Assembly: GCA_965112735.1 (NCBI GenBank)
Contig: OZ218958.1
Coordinates: 1,488,001-1,552,000, forward strand
DNA length: 64,000 nt
Direction: 5' to 3'
DNA from: Phaeosaccion multiseriatum
Taxonomy: Eukaryota; Protista; Ochrophyta, other classes
In this document: piece by piece, positions 46,922-59,020 of the stretch
Layout of the letters: every line of letters starts with the position of its first letter
Position numbering within the stretch: the first letter of the stretch is position 1
Made by a program: the position numbers and the translations under genes
The notes under the pieces: generated by a model
The model's database searches: none
Seen by the model: only the letters and a program-made list of their open reading frames with translations
Told to the model about the DNA's origin: nothing

Positions 46922-47026
46922 AGCTTTTGTGCTTCTGTTGAGTGTGCTCGCTTGCTGTCTCTCAAGGGCTTGGAGCCCGGTCAGTACCCCAAAAAGCTCT
47001 TGAGTAAATGAAGCTTTTGTGCTTCT
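46856..47026 (+). repeat. Tandem duplication (period 90) of the last SDE2 codons, stop and start of the 3' UTR
   Basis: GCTCGCTTGCT.TCTCTCAAGGGCTTGGAGCCC...AGTAAATGAAGCTTTTGTGCTTCT at 46856 and 46946. Confidence 0.9.
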
Positions 47027-47434
47027 ATTTGGATGTAGTATACTTACGTAACTTGAAAGCTTGTACTTGGTACGGAATCTCTCCCCCCTACAGTATAGAG
47101 AGCGTCAGTGCTTTGAAGAGAGTGCCAGCAGGGCTTGCTTTCATTTCACCAGTTAACGCAATTGCCCCAAGGGCCACTCTACCCACAATCGAAGAAACAA
47201 TGCACGAAACCAAATGGTGATTTTCACCGAAGATCGACAAGTGCTCCATTGAAGGAGCCAAGATTCTCACGAACGCTCTTGCCCTCCTAACTAAAGCCTA
47301 TGGATGACCACACACCTCAGCCTTAGAGGGTTCCGCCAGTGTTGGCAGTGTTGCTTCTCTCCCTCCTCTCCTCCCGTAGTCTACCTTCAAGTCCGGGCGG
47401 TACTCCGTCGCTCACGAGGGCCCCTTGCTCGTCT

Positions 47435-50400
47435 CTAGGAGAAGGAGGAAGAGGAAGAAGAACAAGAAGAAGCAGAACATGTGGGGGGCGTGGCCGCCGT
47501 GGCCTGGGGTGACGAGAAGCTGAGATGTTTCTGGGCACCCGTGCCCCCACCCACACCCGCACCCACACTCTTGAGTTTGAGCTTTGATGCCTTGCCAGTG
47601 GACTTGGGTTTCCGCCTCGGCGTGCTACAGGCTTGACACTTTTTGCTTGTCAGGGGGTTGTGGAGGGTGCAGGTGGTACAATCCCAGTGGAGGACTGCTT
47701 CAATTGTTTGCGATAAGAGTCAAGAGAGGGAGAGAGGGAGAGGGAGAGAGAGAAAAGGAAGAGAGGGCGAGGGAAGGGGAGGGAGAGGGAGGGGGAGTGG
47801 GAGGGAGAGTGAGGGAGAGCGAGAGGGAGAGAGAGGGAAGGGGAGGGAGGAGAGGGAGAGCGAGGGACGGAGAGAGAAGGGTTCGAGTGTGAGGTACAGG
47901 CGGGAAGAAGGGCAGGAGCAGGAGGAGGAGAGGGGAGGAGGCCCTTTCGGCCACAAACACACTCAACATGTACACCCAACACGGACACCTACGCCTACCT
48001 ACCTGGACGCGGAGACGGGTCCACTGAAGAGTCTGCCGCATCCCTGCTGCTCGAGTCATCTCCCAACGTCATGTCAATAACATCCGCCACCCCCCCCCCC
48101 CCCCCTCCTCCTCCTTCCCCCTCTCTTGCTGCTGCTGTACCACCAACTGCGGCTGCTGCTGTTGCACTCGCCAACATGGCCTCTTTCCGGGCAAGAAGGC
48201 GCTGCAGAATCGGCTGATGCTTGTGACGGGGCGTGGCAGTGGATGGCAGTGGATTAGGAAGAATCGCTTCATGGTTGGGCTCTCTTCCAGGCTGCTGTAT
48301 CACCAACTGCCCCTCTTGCCGGTACGGATTGTGCGGCTGTGGTGGAGCCTTGCCGCTGCTCGCCACGCCATACGGGTTCCTAGGGGTGGACTGTGCTTCA
48401 TCAGTGGTTGTCGCCCCTTCCGCTGCTGCATCATCAGCTGCTACCCCTGCATCACCAACAGCTGCTGCTGTATCAGCCAACGTCGCTGCTGTAGCAGCCA
48501 ATGTCGCTGCTGTATGACCAACTGTTGCTGCTCTGTAACCAACAGCAGCTGCTGCTGCCGCTGCTGCATCACCAACTGCCACCCCATGAGCCTCATGAAG
48601 CTCTGGGCCGTGCGAGTGTGAGTTCCCTGTGCTGTGCAATTCAAGTCTGGGAGAGCGCTCCTCTCCTTCGCCAGATACAGCCATAGCAGTTGGTGATACA
48701 GAGCAAGAGTTGCCCACGCCTGCCTCATCTACAGCAGTTGGTGATACAGAGCTGAGCGCCCCTACGCCGTCCGTCCCCTGGACAGCGGCCATAACGGCAC
48801 AACCAGCCCCTTGGCCACCGACCCCGGTCTCATCCGCAGCAGTTGGTGATACAGCAGGAGCATCAGCAGTTGGTGGTACAGCAGCAGCAGCAGCAGCAGC
48901 ACTCGCCAGGCGTCGCTTCTTTCCCTCTGCGATGAGTCTGCTGAACCCTCCGCGCATCTCCTGGGGAACAATCGGTCGTACTTCCCCTGTAGGGGCACTG
49001 GGGAGTGGAGGGAGGGAGGGAGGGAGGGGAGGGAAGGGTTGGGGGCGGCAGCAGACCGAGGGGCCAAGATACGGAGCAACAATGGGACGGCAGGAGAATG
49101 GGAGGGGAAAGACAGGAGCAAAGAGGGCATGAGAGAGGAGCCCATAGAACCGAACAAGAGGGCATGACAAGACGCAGTGATGAAAGACGGTAGAAGCACC
49201 CCCCACTCTCTCCCTCCTTCCCTTCCTCTCTCCCTCTCTCCCACCCTCCCTCCCCTGCCCCCCCCCCACCCACCTGCGCTTGAAGGCGGCCTCACTCCTG
49301 CGGCTCCTGTCATCCATCTCCTCCTGCTGGGCAACTCTGCGCAACACCTCCTTGCGTGTGCAGCGGTCGGACTCCACCTGAGCGAGCGAGAGAAGACACA
49401 GCAGAGCACGAGGAGGAAGACAAGGAGGAGAGGTCAGGACAAGAGTGTTCACGAGAGTGTGTGACCGAACCGACACAAATGACAGAGCACAAGGAGGGAA
49501 GGAGGAGAGGACACGACGAGAGAGAGAGAAAGACACAGCAGCGGGAGGAAGGAGGGGGGGAGGGAGGGGGGACGACGAGTGAGAGCGGCGCAAGACACAC
49601 AGCCCGCTCCCTTCCCTTCCACTCCTCCTCCCCTCCCTTCCACTCCTTGTCCCCTCCCTTCCACTCCTTGTCCCCTCCCTTCCACTCCTCCCCTCCCTCC
49701 CTCCCTCCCTCCCTCCCTCCCTCCCTCCCTCCCTCCCTCCCTCCCTCCCTCCCTCCCTCCCTCCCTCCCTCCCTTCCCCCCCCCCTCTTACCTTGTCCAG
49801 CTCCACGTCCACCACGGTCTTATAGTTGGTCAGCCTGCGCTTGAGCTCGACATCGGATCCTCTGCTGTTGAGTTGGAGGCGATCGCACTCCTTCTGAAGC
49901 CGCTTCTTGTTCAAGCCTGAGGGGTTGCCTCGCACCTTCACAATGTTGGGTCACCAGGTTGGGTCATCAGGTTGGGGGGGAGGGGGGGACGGGGTTGGGT
50001 GGTTTGACTGTGGGTTTAGATGTTAGGGAGGGGGGGGGGGGGGCAGTGGTCCTTCTGTCTCCCGAGTAGATAGAGCAGGACCGCACTCCCCCTCCCCCCC
50101 CCTCACGGACGGACCAAGCCCTACAGATAAGACATGGGCGAAACATGGCAAAAAAGACAGAGGATGAGCTAAATTGCAACCCATTACTTCACACCTAAGA
50201 TTACCTTGTCTTGCGCTGTCACACGTCTTCCCTGGTGCTGCTGCTGCTGCTGCTGCTGCTGCCCCCACACACTGGCGCCTCCGCCTCCTCCTCCTCCGCC
50301 TCCGCCTCCTCCTCTGCGAGTGGTGTATCCCTGACGTTGTTGTTCGTCCTCGAAGTCGTCATCCTCCTCGCCGCCCTCCTGCCCCTCTTCATATGCATCG

Positions 50401-51254
50401 CTACTGTCCCCCCCAACCCCTTCCTCCTCCCCCTCCTCCTCCTCCTCCTCCTCCTCCTCCTCCTCCTCCTCCTCCGTCTCGCTCCCTGCGTGGTCATTCC
50501 TATCCCACTGGCCACAGTTGCCGCCCGGTCTTCGCCTCTTTCGAGACAAAGGAAGATTAGGAGCAAGGCTGGCGCCGGACTCCTCGGTTTGTTGGTCGCT
50601 GCCGCCCGTCTTCTTTCTCTTCTCAGCCCCGTTGCCCTTGCCCCGTTTCTTCTTCTTCTTCCTGAGTAGCTTCTCCCGAGCCTCCACCAACATGTGTCGC
50701 TTGAGCTCAATGAACTTGGCCGTGAAGAGCTCCAGCACCCTATTATTCTATCGAAAGAGGACAAAGCCAAGCATATGGAGCGGAGAGAGGAGAGAGAGAG
50801 AGATTGAGGAAAGGGGCCCATTTGATCTCTGAGAGCCTACCTGCCTGCCTGGCTCACACCTTCAGCCGTCCCCCCTCCCCTGCCTAGCTCACACCTTCAG
50901 ACCCTGACCGCCCACGGGGTTTTTGCACGCGGGGCACTTGGCATTCGAGAGGGACTTGTCCTTCAGGTACGTGCGGATGCACTTAGCGCAGAAGGAGTGC
51001 TCGCAGGCCAGCACCATGGGCGTCTTGTACTCTTCCGTGCAAATGGCGCTGTTCAGTTGTGTCGTGGTGTGGGGTGGGAGAAGAGAGAGAGAGACAGAGA
51101 AGGATGGTTGTCAACGAATAGCAGGGCAGAGCGCGAGTCTCCTCCCCACGCACCAGGTGAGCTCACTCTGCCACTCCTGCATGGCTCGACGGATGGGCTC
51201 ATTGGAGAGAACGAGAAATTCCTCCGCGCACCACTCTTCCTCCTCTTCCTCCAT
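47435..51254 (-). CDS. RAD18: RAD18-like E3 ubiquitin ligase (RING + SAP-like + C-terminal RanBP2/NZF finger)
   Basis: RING ELTC|AICTEEYKTPMVLACEHSFCAKCIRTYL..KCPAC followed by NNRVLE; SAP-like LNKKRLQKECDRLQLNSRGSDVELKRRL; KEVLRRVAQQE; FSRLIAEGKKR; exon from 47694 WDCTTCTLHNPLTSKKCQAC. The stop is at either 47435 or 47412. Confidence 0.72.
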
Positions 51255-51375
51255 AATGGGTGGGATGATAAAAGGGTGCGTTCAAATCGGCGCCGGCCCT
51301 GACCTCAGCAAGGAAAATGGCAGTTGATGCCTCGATTCCCTTTCGCGGGAGGATAGCGCGATACTGATCATTGTG

Positions 51376-52946
51376 ATGCACAAATTCTGGGCTGCAGAAG
51401 CTCCGCTGGAGAGATGCGTCGACCCAAAAGACAACTCTTTTTTCTGCCCTCTCTACCCGCTTTCTTTGGACGATCTCTGGTGCCAATGCTGCATCCTCTG
51501 TGTCCTGCTCCACCTCTTGAGTAGCCTTGTGCTTTGCTGGCATCGAAGCCCAACCGAACGGTCTCGGACAATAGAAGAAAAGGGAGAGGAGACCACGATA
51601 CGCGGCCAACTCGCAGCAAAGCCCCACGTTGTCGCCCACAAGGTGGTGACCTTGGTGGCTTGCCTGGCCTCTGCAGGCTGCGCCGCCTGGAGCCTGCTCA
51701 CCCAGGAGTGGGACATTAAGCCAACGGGAGGATGGGGACTGGGGACAGTACCGGTGACGCTGAAGGATCCTCGCTCGTTCTCTCTGTACGACTTGTCTGC
51801 GACGGGGGTGACCGTGACGAACCTTAACTTGGGTTACGAGATGTACGATCTGATGGCGTGTGGCTTCATTCCGGACCTGCGGAAGGCGGAAATGTTGCTG
51901 CATCACCTCGTCACCATACTACTGGGCGTCTTCCTTCTGAGAGACCAGTAAGTCCGAGTCTCAGAGCGAAGGAAGGACTGGAGGGAGGGAGAGGGTATTT
52001 GGCTCAGCCCACAGGGGGGAAGGGGGCGAGGGGAGCTTGGATGCGGCGATTGTTTTTTGCCTGTATGGGGGGGGCGTACTTTGTGCCCCACCCATGCAAG
52101 GCAGTGAGTTGGTTGTGTTCTGGCTGGGGATCGGTTGGGGCCTCACGCCTCCCTCGCCACTCCCTCTCCCTCTCCCCATTAGGTACGGGCAGGCCTACAG
52201 TGTCTTCTTCATGGGCTTCTCCGAGCTGTCCACCGTAGTGCTCGTCTTCGTGGACCTATTCAGGCGCTTCCCCGCCCTGGCCGAGCGGAGCCCCGCCCTC
52301 AACACGGCCTTCAGGAGCTTGTTCGCTGTTGTCTTTCTCGTCATTCGGTACGTTCCTGAACTGACTGAATGACTGACACCAGGCACTGACTGATGGACTG
52401 GCGGACTGGCGGACTGACGGCCGGACAGACTGACTGACTAAGCGGCTGACTGGTGGGCAAGAAGGGTGCCTTTGAGCGGGGCTCTGCTGTTCCAAGTCTG
52501 ATCCGTCCGTAAGTAAACGTCCCTCCCTCCCTCCCTCCCTCCCTCCCTCCCTCCCTCCCTCCCTCCCTCCCTCCCTCCCTCCCTCCCCTCCAAGGGTGGT
52601 ATTGTGGCCCTACATCATGCTCATATGGTGGAGGGAGCACCTCATTGCCCTTCAAGTAGGCCCTTTCCACGACAACTTCGTGGTGAGCTTCACAATAGCA
52701 AGTGGGGTGTTCCTCACCCTCCTGCAGCTGTATTGGGGTTCTCTCATTACCAAGCAGCTCTCCAAGATGCTACGGGGAGAGGGAAAGGGAAGGAGGAGGA
52801 GAAGGGGCTCCAATGGCTCCTTCTCTTGTTTGAAGGACGGAGAGGGGACCACGAGGGCAGTGGAGGATAGCAGCGTCGGCACCACCGCTAGCATCAGCAG
52901 CAATGGAGGCAGAGTGTCTCCGGGTGAACGAAAAAAGGTGTTATGA
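51376..52946 (+). CDS. TLC (TRAM/LAG1/CLN8) domain membrane protein, TLCD4/TMEM56-like
   Basis: GYEMYDL..EMLLHHL, FFMGFSELST, LFAVVFLVIR|VVLWP, LLQLYWGSLI; exons ~51376-51947, 52183-52347, 52595-52946. Confidence 0.85.
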
Positions 52947-53120
52947 TGCTTGGTGGGATCGATCAGTCGATCAGTCCATCAGTAGTCGATCAGTCGATAA
53001 CACTGGGCCCCATCAGTGAATCAGTCAATGATACAGGGATCCGTCAAGTGATACAGTCAACGAGACAGGGGTCCACCAGACTCGGATTGAGATAAGTCCC
53101 AGCAAGGCTGCAGCTGGGAT

Positions 53121-53197
53121 TGTTGAAAGTCATAGCATGTCACCGTTTCACCGTCTTTGCCTAGGCCTGGGCCACTGACAAACTACGACTTTCAACA
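53121..53197. mobile_element. 77-bp non-autonomous TIR element (TGT...ACA termini, 4-bp TSD GGAT)
   Basis: TGTTGAAAGTC...GACTTTCAACA with imperfect ~22-bp TIRs; GGAT at 53117-53120 and 53198-53201; an empty-site-like AGCTGGGATGGCA lies at ~53232. Confidence 0.75.
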
Positions 53198-53581
53198 GGA
53201 TGGCACACAGCGGCCCAGCAGGCTGCAGCTCAGCTGGGATGGCAGGCACAAGCGGTCCAACAAGGTTGACTGTGCGAGGAGGGGAGAGGGGAGGGAAGGA
53301 TACTTACTCCTCCTACAGCTTTGATACACACACATTTTACAAGGGACCGCACAATATAGAGATGAGAGAGTTATTGATTCCCCACCCTGCCTGAAGTAGA
53401 TTCAGGAAAACCCGTGGGGATAAATACAGAGGCTCGACTAAAATCTTTAGTATGCCTATGGGCGGCTGAAAGCATGCATATGGTATGCCTATGGTATACC
53501 TATGGTGTATGCCCCTCCTCTCTCTCTCTCTCCCTCCCTCCCTCATCTCCCCCCCCCCTCTCTCTCTCGTCTCTCCGTCCG

Positions 53582-55487
53582 TCAGCATATGGAGTTTCGC
53601 ACATTGCGTAGCCAGGAGGCCGTCGCCTCCGCCACCGACACGCCAGTCTCTTCTGAGTCAGTAAGGCCTGTCTCTCCCTCCTCCTCCTCGTCGTCCTCCT
53701 CCTCCTCTTCCTCCTCGTCCTCCTCCCCTGCCGTCTCCTCTTGTCCCTTCACTCTCCTGTGAAGCCCTCGGCGCGGAGCAGGTGGCTGCTGTAAAGGCAG
53801 ACGCAGTTTGTGGCGCAGCGCATCCATCACGGCACTCTTATCGCTCCTCCCGATCACGGCACTCTTGTCGCTCCTCTTGCGCTCTGCTGCTTGTAAAGGC
53901 CTGCGCGTGTGCGTGTGTGTGTGTTTGCGCACCCCCCTCTGCCGCAGGAGGCGGTTGAGGAGCGCATGTGCGTCTGCTGCCTTCCTCCCCCTCTCCGATG
54001 CACCAAGCAACCAATCCTCCCCTTCTTCTTCGTCTTCTTCTTCCTGCTCCTCGTCCTCGTCCTCATCGTCCTCCTCGCCCCTCGTAGCCGGCGCTTGCTG
54101 CCAGGGATTGTTGCCGTTGTTCCTCTTACGACCACCACCCCCTCTGGCAGTCGTCCTCTTCGCCGTCGCCGTCGCCTTCGCCTTCGCCTTCACCTTCACC
54201 TTCACCTTACCACCCACCGCATCCTTCCTGTGGTACAGATGAAGACTGCTCTGGTCATTGGCCTGGTCCTTGCTCTCCTCATCCACATGACCATGGTCGC
54301 TGTGTGTCCTCCTCGTCCACTCGTACTTTGGTAGCCGTACCCACCTCCTGTCCCCCGTCTTGCTGTCTACAGCGCCCCGAATGCCCTCCTCGAACTCACC
54401 CTTCAGGCCCATCTCAACCCCGCCCTCCTCCAAGCTGCTCTCCCCGTCTCCGTCGTGGTCCTCCGGTCTGCTGACCCTGCCAGAGGTAGGCACCGCGGTT
54501 GGTGATACAGCAGTTGGTAGTACAGCAGCCGCATCCACCCGTGTCACATCATCATCGTCATCGTCTTCCTCCTCTTGATTGTTGGGAGTGCGCTGTTCCC
54601 TTGCTCTCGCTGCTGCTGCTGTATCACCAACTGCTGCGGCTGCTGTTATCGGGTCAGGGCTGCTCGCTCTTCGGCTGGTCCTCCCCCCCTCTGCTCCTCG
54701 TCGTCGTCCTCCTCCTCCTCCTCCTCCTCCTCGTCCGCCGTCTTCGCGAACACCACTACTGCTGCTGCTGTGCCGCCGAGTCCGAACTCCTCCAAGTGTG
54801 CGTCTCTCCCACGCTCGGGCATCCACCAAATACCTCCTCAGCTTGTTCTGCTCTCGAAGCTTTCGTTCGGCACTCTCTCGAGCAAGTCGACTCGCAAAGG
54901 CCTTGTTCTTCTTCCGAACGTCCTCTAGGAGCCTCGCTTCGTCCTCCTTCTCCTCCTCCCACGTCCTCTTTCGAACACCCCCCCCTCCTGCGCCCCCCCC
55001 CCCTACCAACACGCCGATACAACTCGGCTTCCTCTCCCCTGAACCACCCCCGACACTGGCGCCTCCGGGTACCCATGGCCTGAGGTGATGGATTGAACCC
55101 GTGCCGGGACGAGCAGGAAGAGGAGTGGCCTGACTTTTCTGACTACCCTGAGCAGCCTGGCGCAAAGAAGAGTCTGTGCTTGCGCTGAGTGGTCTCCTCC
55201 TCCCCCCCAATCTCCTCTCGCTGCCGCTGTTGCTCCCGTCGAGGTTGAGGTGAGTGAGTAGGCTTCTTCCTCTTTCGTCTTGTCTCCCTGCCTGCTCCTG
55301 CTGTCTCGCATCTGCTGCCTTCGCTACAACACTACGGCGTGGCGGCGGGGGAGTCTCTCCGAAGAAGAAGTGGGCCTCCCTGAGCAAGGGTGTGGTGGGC
55401 GTGGGGAGCTCTGACAGCTCTCCCCGAGGAGCCGCACTCACAGATGTCGATCGGAAAGGCGCTGCTGCTGCAGATGAGGACGAGGCG

Positions 55488-55546
<59 letters not shown>

Positions 55547-55548
55547 GG

Positions 55549-55626
<78 letters not shown>

Positions 55627-55937
55627 AGGAGGAGGAGGAGAAAGGTCCCACGTCTTGCTGGCCCGTGCTCTTCCTCTGACGATGCCCCCCTCCGCTGCTG
55701 TGCCCGCTGTTGCTGTGGTGTGGAGCTGGCGGCGCCTGCCCCATCACGCGGCCATCTCTCCAAAAGGCCTTGCTCACAGGGATGAACTGCGTAGGGTTCG
55801 AACGGGGGGGAGGAGAAGGGGTTTGGGCCTCCAGGCGCCCAAGTGAGCCAACCTCACTCCCCCCCTCGCCTCCTGCTCCTCCTTCTCCCCCATCTCCTCC
55901 TCCTCCGGATCTGGTAACGCGGGCCGCTGTATCACCA

Positions 55938-55970
<33 letters not shown>

Positions 55971-58900
55971 ATTGCGTCCTCTCTGTACAGCGGTCTGCTC
56001 CTGCTGCTGCCGCCGCTCATTGTGCTCCTTGCAGTGCAGCTCGCCGAGGAGGAAGCCGCCGCACTTACTGCCGGGACGAGCACTGAGCCCACTTCCCTCT
56101 CTGTCCAGACACCCTCTCTCTCTGTCCTGACACCCTCTCTCTCTGTCCGGACATCCTCTCTCTCGGTCCCAACGCCCTCTCTCCCTCTCCTGACACCCAT
56201 TCGCGCCCTGTCATTGGCTGCCATCGCCATTAGCTCCCTCTTCTTCTCAGCCTCCGTCTGTTCCCTGCCTGAGCCCCTGCTCTTGCCCTTGCCCTTCAAG
56301 TTGGTGATACAGAGAGCTGTTCCTTCGGCAGCATCATTCTCGTCGTCGTCGTGGTCGGGAGGGAGTGACAACTGCCACCTGCTCCGCCTGGTCGATCTGC
56401 TCGTTGTTGCCTCCCCCTCCCCCACCTCCCACTCCTCCCACTCCTCCCACTCACCGCTGTCGCTGCTCTCGTCGCCGATATCCCCGCTGCCGCTCACGCC
56501 CTCCCGAGTAGCCGCCTTGGCCCTGCCTCTGCCGTTGGTTGTACGCCTGCTATTGCTGCTATTGCTGTTGTTGCTGCTGCTGCCGCCGCTGTTCCTGCCC
56601 ACTCTTGTCGGCTCCTTCCCTTCCCTACTACCGCTTCTCTCCCTCCTCCTCCCCCTGCTCCTCTTGCTCCTCCTCCTCAGGGTGGTGCCCCCCTGGGTAC
56701 CCTCAGAACCAGCATTTGGTGATACACCAGCACTTTGTCGTACTACAGCAGCAGCAGAGGGACTCCTCGAAGCACCAACGTGAGCCGCAGTTGGTGATAC
56801 AGCAGGAGCGTCGCCAAGCGCCAGTATGCCCGCCAATAGCTCTTCAAGCCCCTCTCCGTGCTGAGGAGGGTGGACTCCGCTCGCCTCCGACACGGCTAAC
56901 CAACCCACTACACGCAGCATGTAAGCAAGGCGCTTCTGCAGCACGGAGGGTTTGGCGAGCTGCAGGAGACACGCACGCACGCACACACAGCTCCCACCGC
57001 TGCTGCCTCCTTGTCTTCCTCCTCCTCCTCCTCCTCCTCCTCCTCCTCCTCCTCCTCCTCCAGCCCCACGGGTTCGTTGGAGCGAGAGACACTTTTGGAT
57101 GGCCTGCAGCAGCTCCCTGCCACTCCTCGGCACTTTCGGCACCTTGCCTTTCCCCTCCACCCCCTCCTCCTCCTCCTCGTCCTCCTCCTCCTCCTCCTCC
57201 GCCTCCTCCTCCTCCTCCTCCTCCTCCTCCTCCTCCTCCTCCTCCTCCTCCTCCTCCTCCTCCTGCTGCCGCTTTTGCTCCTCCTCCTCTCCACTCCTCC
57301 GCTGCGCAGCAGGCGCTAGGGGTATTCCCACCGTCTGCCGGAGGAACTTCCGCACCTCCGCCTCACCCCAGGACAGCACGCTCGGGTGCTCTACAATTCG
57401 GAATTTCCGTTCACTGGCTGCTCTCGTCTCGCTGCTCTTGCTCTTGCTCTTGCTCTTACTCCGCCTACGAGTACCGACGGTGGCGCTGCTCTTGCCCGGA
57501 CTCCGCCCGTGCCTCCCGCTGCTGCCACTGCCCTTCCCTCTCTGCCTCTGCCACTGCCTCCCCCCACTCCTCCCCCTCACTCCCTCTGCTCTTGCCCCCC
57601 GGCCGCTGCCTTGTTCGCTCCGATCCAAGGCTGGCAATGAGGGCGGAGGCCTTGGCTGGGGTTGGGACTGCGACTTGGTCTGCTGTACCACCAACGGCTG
57701 GGGCTCCTTCCCAGGCACCTGCGGCTCCTGCGGCTCCTGCGGCTTGTGCGCGTCTACCACTGAGGTCCAGGACAGGCCTTTCGGGTCGAGACCCTTGGTG
57801 AGCAGCTGCAGAAGCATCTCAAAGGCCACTCGACCGATGCCTGTCCCGAAGGGCAGTGCCGACGCTTGGACCAGCTCCAGCCGCTCACAAGCACTACTCA
57901 ACGCTGCTGCCATCCGCAGATGATATTGCTCGTCTTGCTGCTGTATCTGGTCTTTGTCTTTCCCGTCGTCCCGGCAAGGAAGGAGGAGGGGGAGCACTAC
58001 GCACCGCACGGATTCCCTCTCCCTCAGGTCAAGCCCATGGTGGAGTCCCTTTTCCCCGTCCAGGGGCACGCCCAAGGCATTCACAATCGTCGCCAGTTCG
58101 CTGCACCGAAGGGACAACTCGTGCAGCTCAGTGGCGGCAGCAGCAGAGCACGCCTGACGAAGGGCGGTAGGCCGGATCAGCAGGGATCGCTTTCTTCGGT
58201 TCTTTGAGGCCTGCTCGGACTCCTTCTTATCCTGATGCGGGTTGTGGGCTCTCCTCTTCTTCCCATCCGCAAAGCCCTCTGCAGCACCCCTCTGCTCCCC
58301 TCCTTCAATGCCGTTGTCCATCTTTCTGTGAGTGCTATCCGTTTGTGCAACATTTGAAGCGCCGCGTGCCGCCAGAGGATCACTTTCTTCCCTGTGCTCT
58401 TCCCTTTGCCTCTCTCCTTTGTGAGCCCCCCTTGTCGCTCCGTTGCTGGGCTTTGGACTACTACCACCGCTACGGTACCTCCGCTTGTCCCCTTGCTGCT
58501 GCTGCTGCTGCTGCGTAGCTGGCGCGGATATCAAAGAGCCGACATCCATAGGCGAGCGTGCCGAGGGAAGCTGAGAGAGGCGGGGGGAGGAGGCCGAGCT
58601 GGCAGACAGGCCTGAGGCTTCCATCGCCAGGCCCGACACACTACTCACAACGCTGAAAGTATCATCTCGGGTGGTAAGCCCGCCGTTCCCCTTCCTCCGA
58701 TGCTGGGTTGTAGGGAGGCACGTAGCGGTGACACTCCTTGCATCCTCATCCTCCTCCCGCTGCCTCTCTTGTCCTTCCTCCCTCTCCTCTGCTGCTGGAT
58801 ACGCGTCGCGCTCCTCGCTTTCATCCACCCCACTATTCCCGGCGCTCTCCTTGATAAGCGTCGCAAGTGTTTCTTCTCGTCTCTCCCCCTCGCCACCCTC

Positions 58901-59020
58901 TTTATCAAGGAGGCTGAAAGGATGACGCTTCTTCTCCTCGTCCTTGCTGTTGTTGCCTTCACGACGGAAAGCTGTGCGCCACCAGCGTTGCAAAAGTTCT
59001 GCTGCCACGCCACGGACCAA
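53582..59020 (-). CDS. Giant terminal exon (~1810 codons) of a low-complexity protein with an IQ-like motif; upstream exons likely at ~59150-59330 and ~59560-59840
   Basis: Stop-free for 5.4 kb; AAELLQRWWR IQ-like motif; weak SAM-like VLSWGEAEVRKFL; poly-E/N/G/A tracts. It may be continuous with the LRR gene to the right. Confidence 0.6.

Noticed and set aside
47150-47245. VNAIAPRATLPTIEETMHETKW*FSPKID, faintly like a gypsy RT segment
   Set aside because: Too short and degenerate to call without a search.
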